A stretch of 63,470 bases of DNA, filler included, from Hausera hauseri (lineage: Eukaryota), in assembly GCA_046269625.1 (NCBI GenBank). It is 12 parts of 12 records of this genome, joined end to end, with 100 filler letters (N's around TTAATTAATTAA, not from the genome) between each part and the next. Parts side by side here need not be neighbours in the genome. Positions count along the whole stretch, not along the records: positions 48,655 to 54,277 come from JBJURY010218855.1; positions 54,378 to 59,005 come from JBJURY010497130.1; positions 59,106 to 63,470 come from JBJURY010615665.1; 9 more parts are not named here. One strand, given 5' to 3'. Shown piece after piece: positions 51,410 through 62,300 of the stretch. The notes below the pieces were generated by a model that ran no database searches, was not told the origin of the DNA, and saw only the letters and a program-made list of their open reading frames with translations. Numbering within the stretch: position 1 is the first letter of the stretch; each line of letters starts with the position of its first letter. A program made the translations under genes and the position numbers.

Positions 51410-53125
51410 ATAAGCCTTTAAAAACTTGCCGAGAGTAGTGATAATAGCCGTTAAAGTTTTGCACGAAAATCCTGTCAAGGTAAATATCTTATATCCATTT
51501 ATGATTGCCTGAATTATAGCTTTTACCAGTTGATTTTAAAAATATATCGCTAGAAATCCTGACGCGGCTTGTCCGAATATTAGGAATCTTCCCCAAATTG
51601 TATACAATATTTCTGTAGTTACCTTCTTATAATAGCCAACATTAAGTAAAAACTCCCATTTCGCCTGGTGGCGCGAGTCCTCTAATATTGTATGTATTGC
51701 TCTGTTTAATTCATGATTACGTTAACGGGGAAAAGCGAGAAATTGTCTAAACGCCGTTCGGTAGACTTACCCAGTCGGTCTCGCTCAGTCTAAACATTGG
51801 CTCTCCTAAGCTAGTTTTGCAATAGCTCAAAATTGTCGGTTGAGTAGCGTTTGCCAACAACACTCTGGTAATCGGTGTTACTAATCTGGGTACGTCCTGA
51901 TATATCATTGGAAGTTCTTGTATACACCTGTTCTCTTTCACGTTGATTGGTACGTCTTTCTTCTCACACTCATACGTCAATAAAACTTCTCCAGTTACTC
52001 GTCCAAAACACCTTCCTTCATCGGAATTATTGGTGATGCCAACTCAGGATTTGCATATATCAGAGCTAGTTTAGTTTTCATAATTTCCAAGTCCAATTTA
52101 AATTCGTTTGTTATCATCTTGTGGTATAACTCGGCTATTCCGGCTTGTCCTTTATAGTAGAAGTAGTCGTCTTTGTTCTTTAAGTAGTCTTTAATCCGGA
52201 TTTCCTGAGTCTCGAGTTTGTACGTTCTGGCATTTATTTCTGCCTCGGCTACGAAAAATGCTTCGTAGTTGGTGGCATACATTATGACGTCACATCTGCT
52301 GAGCATTGCTTTCATCACAAATTTTAATCCATGAGTATCAGAAATCAGTATAGTAGATGTGGACTGTTCGGCTACATCTTCTCGTGTCTTAGAGTTAGTT
52401 TCTATACTACTTATGTATCGTTTGCCTGTCGTCTCATTAAATTTAAGCTCTTTAATTCTGATAAAGCTGCAATCAGTCTTTGTTGGAGGTTCCCAAATTA
52501 CTACAGAACTTCAAAACGGGCATGCGCCATCCTGAATGTGACACTTGTGATTCTCGGTGTAAAATTTAGTAACACTATGAAACATCACTTTCTGTATACG
52601 CATTTCGGTTTCGTAAAAATCCACTACCACGACGTTTGATTTTGATCCCTTTCCGGTATCGTATTCCGCACCATAACAATGTCCGGCGTGCATGTCCAGC
52701 CTTCCTGCTGCTATTTTATACATTCCGATTATACTCCCTTGTTGCATTTCCAGTTCCATACCGTCCCTTTTTATTCTCCCCGTTTCTCTAGCTTGCTTAC
52801 AATGCTGACGTTCTAAATTTATTGGAATTAGTGGAGTTGTCGGCTTGATTATTGACGATTGTCCATATACCAGTCCACAATGGAAAATGCTGCGAGAACG
52901 CGGCAACATACATTCTACTCCATCGAAGGTAACTAGGTCGCCTTGTTGATATAATACATAAATTTTTTCTTTTGTTTCTAATCTGTGCGGCCTCGCATCT
53001 TTGCACATTTTTAAGTCCATTAACGAATATTTTTTGCCCAATCTAAATTTGTCACAGTCGTATACTGTAACTGCGCCCATTTGTCTTATCAACATCATCA
53101 TGGTCAGAAAGTTTATTAGCCTGTT
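51410..53125 (-). pseudogene. Chuvirus-type (class III-like) envelope glycoprotein with an internal signal peptide and C-terminal TM
   Basis: RLINFLTMMMLIRQMGA|VTVYDC...YSLMDLKMC...VEC...IFHCG...C...TG...AAG...HCYGAEY...NVVVV...C....GAC...W...C...GEVLLTYEC...CIQELP...PITRVL...IWGRFLIFGQAASGFLAIY...IINGY; Cys spacing and motifs match chuvirus G. Confidence 0.85.
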
Positions 53126-53825
53126 CGAATCGTTTCCTCTGCGATTTCCAGTAACATCTCGCAGCAGATATCCGAATCTGTTGTTATCAAAGAAGAATCT
53201 ATTGTGATGCTCTTCTTTTTCAAATAGCTTTGTCCAGTCTACTTCTCGGGCAGTTTCCTGGCAGCCTTCCTTGCCAAGCTAGTAACCTTGTTAAATTCAT
53301 TTTCTCGATTCGGATCGGTTTTGATGGCCAAATATAGCAACACTTTTCTCAGTTCCTCTATGGTATTTTCTACCATCATTTTATCGCTTAAAGTACTTTT
53401 GGTTGATTTACACCAAAGGTTCTTCATGGCCTTTGCGGCGTTCGCTATGGCCTTCTCTTTCTCGTCTAATATATCACCACCGAGATTAGAGTGGTTTACT
53501 ATTCGTATCAAATTTGTTATAAGTTCGTTCAGGTCCTCATTATTCGCATTAAAGTTTGGTATGAACATCTGCTTCAATTCCCTAATTAAATCTCCATTAT
53601 AATCGATCTCTTCCCGCATTTTCCGTGGTCGACCGACAGGACGCTTTTGTTTTGTTATAGCAGGTACACGGCCATGGGGGGTACTAAATTTTTATCGTAT
53701 TGTTCATTATCTTCGTCTGTCTACAGGTATTCTAAATATACTGCAGCATCTCGGACCCCTATTATTCGTCCTACTTGTTGTTCGGCTTTAGCCTTCCTTA
53801 TAGCTTTATCCTTAGTCTCGTTGAT

Positions 53826-54050
53826 AGTAATGGTTACCGTGACCCGGTTCACCTTGCCTGGAATAATTCCGACTTCTATTAATAATTCCGTCTCATCTAG
53901 TATCCTTCCTCGGAAATAAAGTCTATAGCTCAGCTCATGGGCGTATCCGTTATTCTTTATCTACAGTAATACATCCTTTGCAAGGGAGCGCGTAGTAAAC
54001 TCTTGTTTCTTCTTGTCCATCCAGTTTGATGCTATTTTTACTGGAATCGT
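53826..54050 (-). other. Ubiquitin-like domain (one in-frame TAG)
   Basis: IPVKIASNWMDKKKQEFTTRSLAKDVLL*IKNNGYAHELSYRLYFRGRILDETELLIEVGIIPGKVNRVTVTI fits the Ubl RLIFxGKxLxDxxxLxxxGI motif. Confidence 0.6.
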
Positions 54051-56039
54051 CTCTTCTGCTTTTGATTTTAGGATTTTGGCATATTCTTTGAGTAAAAGCT
54101 TAGGTGCTGTACTAAGGATCGTACCTTCGCTAGCTAATTTAGTTAGAGTGGGGACTAACCGTCTTAATTGACTTTCAGTGAGATTTACCTCGATCAACTG
54201 AGTTAAATCTTTCTCGGTTTATGCTGGGTCCAAAATCATTCCTACATCGAACCTTTTGTACGGAGAATACATCTCCANNNNNNNNNNNNNNNNNNNNNNN
54301 NNNNNNNNNNNNNNNNNNNNNTTAATTAATTAANNNNNNNNNNNNNNNNNNNNNNNNNNNNNNNNNNNNNNNNNNNNTTGTAAAACGTCCCTGAACTATA
54401 ATATAAAAACAAAGAACGACCCAGCAGAAACAGTTTTTACGAATGAATTGTCTGATTTATTAGATAAATTATTTCCTGATGACTCAGTCGATAATTCTTA
54501 TGATTCAGGTGAAGTTCAGACATTACCGAATCCTTTGGCATATGGTAATTACTGGCAACATCCATTGATCACGCCAGTTACCGAGATTCTGGATCACCAT
54601 TCTGATTCACAAGATCTCAAAATATTGCTAGAATTTGAGTAAAGAAGCCATGCATATTGAATAAATTAAAGCTTACTACCGCTTCCAGGTTTTCAACCGC
54701 GACACACACACAATACATAACAGGGGGAATTACATGTAGGATTGAAATTTGTTGGTAATACAAATGAAAGAAAACGATAATGTGTGTCTTTCACTCCGTG
54801 TGTTTTTCTGTGCCGTTCTCGCGATTTCTTCTTGGATAATGGCTATAGAAGTCGCGATGTGGTGTCTGATTTCTGTGCAACGTCACCAAATGGCTAAACC
54901 ATTACATTCAAATTTCAGTAAATGTTGTCGCATCCTTCTCACTGATGTATTCACTATATTAGCGTGATATCGTTGTTATAACACCGTATCACTGAGCAGT
55001 TAATTCTTGTGCATGAGCTTTGAAAGTCCTAAGAAGAACTGCGGCAGACATAGCTGAGCTTTCCTGCCATCTCAGTGGTGCCTAGGAGGTGAACCGAGGT
55101 CCTCCTAGTGGCTATGCCTTTCTCGGCTTCCTAGAAGCGATCCAACACTCAACTCAACAGGGGATAATCTCCAGCCACCCCCCGTTAGCCCGTAGAATTC
55201 CATTTCGTTGCCTAGGAAACACGACGATGACGGGCGAAGGTCTTCGCTGACTTTTGAGCTGTCTTCCCTAAGTTATCGCTGTGTAATAGGGTCAGCTAGA
55301 AGCCGGCGAGGGCCCTTATTGCATCTCTGTCTCCTGTCGACTGTGTAAAATTACTACACTTTAGAGATTATTTCAAGTAATACAATTTGTATGTGTGTGC
55401 GGCAACACATTTTAAAAATTTATAGACATATAAAGGGTCAACATGTAGAGAGACTAAAACTTTCTTGTAAATTGTTGTACCTGCATTTGTAAGAGCTATG
55501 TCACTATCGTTAAAAACCACTGTTTTAATAGCCTTTGTGGTGTGACGGGTATGAATGATTTTTATGCTTTGGTTGTTAGTACTGAAAAAAGGAAGGTAAC
55601 GTAAACGTTGTGCTTAGGACAGAAGATGGCCATAACTATTGGGAGCCATCTCTAGCCACAACTGGCTGGTAGATTCCCCATTGCCTGTGAGTCATCACGG
55701 GAAGGATGGCAGTGGTCTTATCTGACCATAGGGTGTCATGCTCAGAGCCTTCACAGCCCCACAGGCTCCCACGAGATTGGTAAAATTAAATAAAAAACGA
55801 ACAGTGATTGTTGCAAAGAAATAAAATAAACAAAAGCAAAGAAACCCAAATAATGTTTTATATTAGATACATCGAAGTAATTATGGTGATTTTAAAGATG
55901 ACTGTGTTTTACCTGTCAGTGATGATTTAGCTTTTATAATGATATTATATGTAATTACATCTTATATAATTTAGGTTTTTCATTATCATACCGCTAAAGA
56001 GATAATAAATGATTTATATAAATTTTACACGTTATTCAT

Positions 56040-56200
56040 GGTTGTCCATCAATGTGTGTGGATTTGTCTGTCCGTCTGTCTGTTTATATGTTTATAACTG
56101 TCTATCAATTCATTCAACCGTCTATCCATCCGTTCATGCGTCTTTCCATCTATCTTTGTTTTTCTATGTATCTATCAATTATTTTCCCATTTCTCTTTGC
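56040..56200. repeat. Degenerate TCTG/TCTA/TCCA microsatellite
   Basis: e.g. gtctgtccgtctgtctgt, gtctatccatccg, gtatctatc. Confidence 0.55.
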
Positions 56201-56239
56201 CCTTACATATGAATTCACAACATAGTTTATGAACACTGT

Positions 56240-56390
56240 TTTCCTCTGACTCATTCCGGAACAACAAAAGCATGGAAGCAAAGCTGTTGGGCAGCCGGGA
56301 GGACCTCCTGCTGACGACCAGATTCATAGAGACATTCTGCCTCCTTGTCTAGACATTAAGCATGTGAAATTTAACGATGAAGAAGAAGAC
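56240..56390 (+). mobile_element. 3' remnant of a non-LTR retrotransposon (I-group-like)
   Basis: MEAKLLGSREDLLLTTRFIETFCLLV* resembles the KLxG...DL..T..F C-terminus of RNase H-bearing LINEs; followed by a (GAA)n tail. Confidence 0.45.
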
Positions 56391-56637
56391 AATGAAACAC
56401 TAAGTGGGCTTAGCAGATGTGAATGATGCTCTGTCTGTACGCGAGCTAATCCCTTGTTCCATAGACTTGCTCTTTCTAGCCACAACAAACGCGCCCATCT
56501 CCTCATTGATAAATCTTATTCCACACTCTGCTGTGGCACTCAATGCATTACGGATATGGTGAATCACTGACTCCTCAATATTGCTTTCAATTGAAATGTG
56601 TTAAATACTGACATACACCTCCGTCTCCGAGTCGTAG

Positions 56638-59005
56638 CTTACTTAACTTATCCGTGCCACCCCTCATCATGAGCCCCCAACCTTTCCTGTCCTATACATT
56701 TCTTCCTGACTGGTTTCAGGTGTAGCCAAACATTTTTGTCTCTGCCTCTAAGTTTCTGCGCCAGATATTTCGTGGTCTTCCTACATTCCTGTTTCCCTTG
56801 TGTAGGGGGTTTTCGCAGTATATGTCCTATCCATCTCCAGTGTCCTCTTGCAGTATCTTCGTCAACTGGGTATTGGTTTGTTTACCGCCAGAGGTCAGGC
56901 TTACTGATACCGCCAGGCCAGTAAATATTTAGTATCCTTCTCAAACAGGTATTTATGAAGGGCTTCAGTTTCCTTGTGATCTTCGCTTTTATTTTCCACG
57001 TTTCTGCTCCATACAGCAGGACAGCTTTCACGTTGCTGTACGTATTTTAGTTTGAACTGTTAAATGTTTAGATTTCCATATGTTCTTCATTAATGCAAAT
57101 GCGTGTCTAGCTTTTCCTATTCCTGGTTTTACATCGTCTTCTGTACGCCCCCCCCCCCACCCCCCGGCTATGACTCATGCTGCCCAGATAAGTAAATGAT
57201 TTTACATCTTCCAATATTCAGCCTATCAGTATAATTGGGGCATTTGTAGCTCTGTTTATTTTGAGAACTTTAGTTTTTTTTTCCCTCTGTGTAAGTTTAA
57301 ACCAAGTTAAGATGTTATGTTTGCCATTCTATCTGGTTTTTTTTCTTGCGTAATCAATAAAGTGAACATATAAGGGAGAACTGCATTCTAGAGACTGTTC
57401 TACAATAATGCGCACTGTTGCAATCTGGTCTAAACAAGATCTGTCTTTGCGGAAACCAGCTTGTTGATCAGGAGTTGTATATCAAAGGCGTCCCTTATTT
57501 TATTTAGGATTATATTGTTTAAATCCTTTCTCGGTATAGACAGCAGGGTGATTCCTCCATAGTTTGCACAGTCTCCAACGTCTCCTTTCCGCGGAATTCA
57601 TAAAGAGGGGGTATAGTATATCTACTGTAGTACTCGTATCTGCCTTAAGTGCTTCAGCTGGGATGTTGTTAGGTCTTGGTGTATTATGGTTCTTTAGTTG
57701 CTGAATTGTTTTCTGGATTTCCTCTTTTGTAGGTTTTTCACATGACATGGGTAAGTCCACTTCAGCTGAATTTCTGGTGGGTTTTTTTTGTTTTTTAAAT
57801 TGGTCTGTTAATATTTGCTTGTAGTCTTCCATCAATCTTTCCATTTGTTTTCTTAACCCTAAAATCTGTTTTCTTTCTCTCTTTGGTCTCATATTTCTTA
57901 GTTCCCAATATTTATTTGCAAGTTAATGTAAATGTTTCTTTAATTTTGTTCCATCTGTTATCTACTGAGTCTTCTGCCTATAATAATTCTTCAGTATATG
58001 GGATTTAGTTATGAGAGTAATTTTATCTTCTTCGAATTTTTGCGTATCATTTGGATACTGGATATTGGACTCCTGGCTTGGTACTTGATCTTTTATCCAT
58101 TTTCTTTTTAGTTTCCGTTTTGCCACTACTAAATGGTGGTCTGAGGCTACATTTGCTCTCCCTTTTAACCCTCACACTTTTAAGGTCGTCCTGAATCGTT
58201 TGTTAATACAAATGTGGTCGATCTGGTTTTCTGTTCTATGATCCGGTGACACCCAGGTTGCTTTGTGTATTCGTTTGTGAAGAGAAACAGTACCTACTAT
58301 AACGACGTAATTTAATGCACAGAAGTTTACAAAACTGTCTCCATTTTCGTTTATTGTCCCAAGTCCATTGCAACCCATTATGTCTCCGTATCCCTTATTA
58401 TCATCTCCAATTTTTGCATTCAGATCACCCATTATGATGTTAACATCGCTCGTTGGACATTTTTTGTACACAGAGTCCAGCTTGCAATAGAAATCTTCTT
58501 TGGTTGTTTCTTCGCTATTATTTGTTGGTGCAAAACACTGGATCACATTCATGTTGATTCACATTCATGTTGATTTTCTTTTTCTTTGTGCGAAAGGACA
58601 AATTCTTGGACCATTTTCTTCCCATCCAATGAGCACTTTCTGTGTTGGTCTTGATAGCATCAATGCTACTCCTTGGGTATGCGGTGAATTTTCTTCTTCA
58701 TGACCTAAGTATATAATTCATTCTCCTGAGTTCAGTCTCCTCTGCCCTGGACCTGTCCACGTTGTTTCACAAATTCCTTGTATATTTATATTATAGTTAT
58801 TTATTTCCTTTGCCACGCGCTGTTTTTCCTGTCTCATACATTCCATGTTCCTATATACATGATTGCCCTTGTTGAGAGATTGATGGTTGGTCTGTTGGCT
58901 TCCAGAATCTTCTGGCTTTCACCACCAAGCGTCATACTGCTTCCAGGAGAAGCCCCATCCCTTCCCAGGGCGGTAGGTTCTTGAGTTCTTTTCGACGTTT
59001 TCGTA
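56638..59005 (-). mobile_element. RTE-clade LINE (APE + RT, internally deleted)
   Basis: IGTWNV, TQGVALML, QCFAPTN, MGDLNAKIG, HKATWVSPDHRTENQIDHICIN, ASDHHLV, QQAGFRKDRSCLDQI; 3' tail TAAGTTAAGTAAG. Confidence 0.9.
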
Positions 59006-59399
59006 NNNNNNNNNNNNNNNNNNNNNNNNNNNNNNNNNNNNNNNNNNNNTTAATTAATTAANNNNNNNNNNNNNNNNNNNNNNNNNNNNNNNNNNNNNNN
59101 NNNNNGAATCATTTAATTTGTTGAGAAATTCATGGAAAAAGTGAAACATAAGACAATTACAAACTCATAAGTCAAAGTAAGTTAAAATGTGTATACACCA
59201 GTAGATGGAAGGGAGGACACTAGGCCAATCCCCAAGATTGATCATCAATATTCAATAATCAATTTTTTTAATTTTTGAATTTTCAAAGTGCACTATTGAT
59301 TTTAGCACTTGGAAAGTGTGCAGCACTATTTGGTGCAAATTTCGAAAATTTTCGAAAAAATAAAAAATGTGTATTTTTGAATTCTATACACGATGGTAT

Positions 59400-62300
59400 T
59401 GTTCGAAAAAAATTTTTGAAAAAATTTGTTTCGAACTCGAATATCTTTTCACACGGAAGCACGGTCTCGTTGGGCACAACATCACCCCCTTCGTGGCTAA
59501 GTTAAAAACGATAAGGATGGAATAACTGAAAATCGCGAAGTAGACAGTGTGACTTGGTTATTCAATTTTAGTCTAAACCAGACGTTGTATACTTTCGATA
59601 TTTCTCTCCTTTCTGTACTTTCTAAAAGTGACAGTTTTGTAATATATCTTTTTGCTTTTGTCTCCGTTTGTTGAAATGCTTTGGAAGGAAATATGTCACA
59701 ATCTGTCGCGTTAAAGGTAGTGTCTTGCTGAAGCAATCTAGGAGAGGGAAAAGTAGTGATCGAAGGTGGATGTTTGAAATTGTCGAACGGAGTTCCCAAA
59801 GATAAGGTGTTGGACTGAAGAGTAGTAATGGGTGAAAAAGCGGGAGGAGAAAATGGAGTAGTGGTAGGGATAGGAATAGTAGGTGAAGTGGATGTGTGAA
59901 CAAAAACAGGAACAGGAGAAAATGGAGTAGCAGTAGAGTCAGGAGCAGAAACAAAAGGAAATGTAGGACTTAGAAAATTTGTCGAAGCTTCAGTTGGAGA
60001 GGTGTCGTCTACAAAAAGGGCAGGTTTCACATTATTTATATGGACTGCTAGTTCCTTTAGAAAAAAAATATAGCGTTGTGAAAATGTAGTTAAATTAGCT
60101 TATAAGGTCCTAGATACTGCAGTTGAAAACCAAACGGTGTTTGATTCCGTAGCCAAACGAACTTTGCAGAATACAAATCGTCAGATAAATACGCTTTATT
60201 GTTTTGTAGTATTCTACAGAACGAATCTTTACTGACCATGATGAAATGGTCCTGTGCTGCTCTGATCGTTTCGTCTGTAAGTATATTATCTAAGGCGGTT
60301 AATTCGAACAAGGAGCGAACAGGTGTTCCAAATAAGGCTTCAGTAGGTGAGCATCCTGTGGAAGTGGACGGAGTGTTTCGCCAGCCGAGCAGGGCGAACG
60401 GAAGAAGTGTGGTCCAATTGGTGTTTGACTGCGCCAGGATTCGAAGTGATGTTTTCAAGGTTCGGTGGAAACGTTCGACCAGGCCATTTGATTGGGGATG
60501 ATATGGTGTAGTATGAATATGACTTATACCTAATCGGTTGACTAGGGATTTAAACAGATTTGATTTGAATTGAGAGCCTTGATCCGAGATGATGTAACGA
60601 GGGGATCCGAATCTACTAATCCACGTACGGATGAAAGTATCGGCTATTGTGTCAGTGTTTGTGCTCCGCAGTAGAACGGCTTCCGGCCATCGTGAGGCAC
60701 GGTCCATCATGGTCAGAATAAATTGGTGGCCGTTGCATATTCGAAGAGGAGCGATGATATCAATATGTACAGTTTCAAAACGTGATGTGCATGGAAAGTG
60801 GTATAAAGGAAGTTTTAGATGTTTTATTGTTTTATATTTTTGACAAGGCACGTATTCTTTAACCCATGCTTGCACATCGGAGCGCATGATTGACCACACT
60901 ACTTGTCGTTGAAGTAAACAAAAAGTTGCTTTGGCACCAGGATGATGTAACAAATGTACATTATGGAATGCTTGTTTGTGTAAAGATGGAGCAAGAATTA
61001 TTTTGTATTGTCCTGGTTTGGAAGTATCTAAGGCCACGCCGTCGATTATCTGCTAAGATTTGAACGATTTGAGAATATTTTGCGATGGCTGATTTTCCTG
61101 GAGCCTTGTCTGAGTGAAGATTGGAGAAAAATTTATCGAACCGACTGATCTGGATAGAAAATGGGCAATTAGATTGTCAACACCCTCGATATGTTTGATT
61201 TCAAAGTTGAATGTGGACAAATGTGAAATTTGCCCTTCTTGTCGTGTTGAAGGGTGTTTCATTGCCATTATATTAATCAACAGCTTGTGATCCATCTGTA
61301 TAACAAAATGGCGGGCTGTAAGTAAATGAGAAAAATGTCTTAAAGCAAGGACTATTGCCAACAGTTCCCGATCGAAAGTTGAATATCTACTTTCTGGTGG
61401 CGTTAATTTTCGGTAAAAAAAATTCTAGGAGTTGATTTTTCCTTTGTACAGCTGGTGTTATGCAGCACCTACTGCAATGTTTGATGCATCTGTAGTTAAA
61501 ATTAACTCGGCGTCTGGTTTAGGAAATGCTAGAATTTCGACAATCTTTAGTCATTTTCGTAGTCTATCGAATTTATTGACTAGTTGTGGTGTCTACACGA
61601 TTTTCTGGTGTTTTTTCCTCCGCTTAAATGTGCAAAAGGTGTCGTGAGTTCCGAACCATATGGTATATATTTGTGGACGAAATTCAGAGTACCGAGAAAA
61701 CTGCGAATTTCTGTTGTTGTCTTAGGTAGTTGGACATTTTTAAGAAACTCGATTCGATCAGACTGAGGTAAGTGGCCGTTTGAAGAGATAATATGTCCGA
61801 GGAGATTAACGCGCTTTTGAAAGAAGTTAAATTTCGCGAAATTGATCTGTAGGTTGAACTGATTAAGTCGTTTGAAAATGGATGGTAGGTATTCCTCGTG
61901 TTGTTTAACTGATGAAGAGGCAACCAACATATCATCAATATATGGATGCTCAAAGGTGAAATCTGAAAGTATTGAATCGATGTGTCGCTGAAAAGTCTGA
62001 GAGGCATTCCGGAGACCGAAAGACATATATAAATACTCATAAAGACTGAGAAGTGTGGCAATTGCAGTTTTCTCGATGTCTTCCGGTGCGACAGGAATTT
62101 GGTGGTAAGCTTTGGCTAAATCGATTGTCGAATAAACTAAAGTAGTATTAAGCCGATGTAATATGTCTTTGATTAATGGTAGTGGATATGCGTCCATTGT
62201 GGTTAAAGTATTAAGTTGGCGGTAGTCGCCGCATGGTCGGAAGGATCCATCCTTTTTTACAATGTTGAGAGGTGAAGACCATGGTGATTTAGATCTGCGG

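Larger units (their letters stand above)
48655..54277 (-). mobile_element. Large Gypsy-type element, copy C (Ubl - helical - glycoprotein - PR - RT - RH)
   Basis: Colinear with 6060-9390; RT FCIDYRALN, LDLQPGYWQV, FAYLNDV; PR VYALIDT*SEIS...VVLGCDLL. Confidence 0.9.

Noticed and set aside
55020-55320. RNase MRP/P RNA (GAAAGTCC resembling CR-I)
   Set aside because: No convincing CR-V/P4 partner; kept only as an unassigned structured island.
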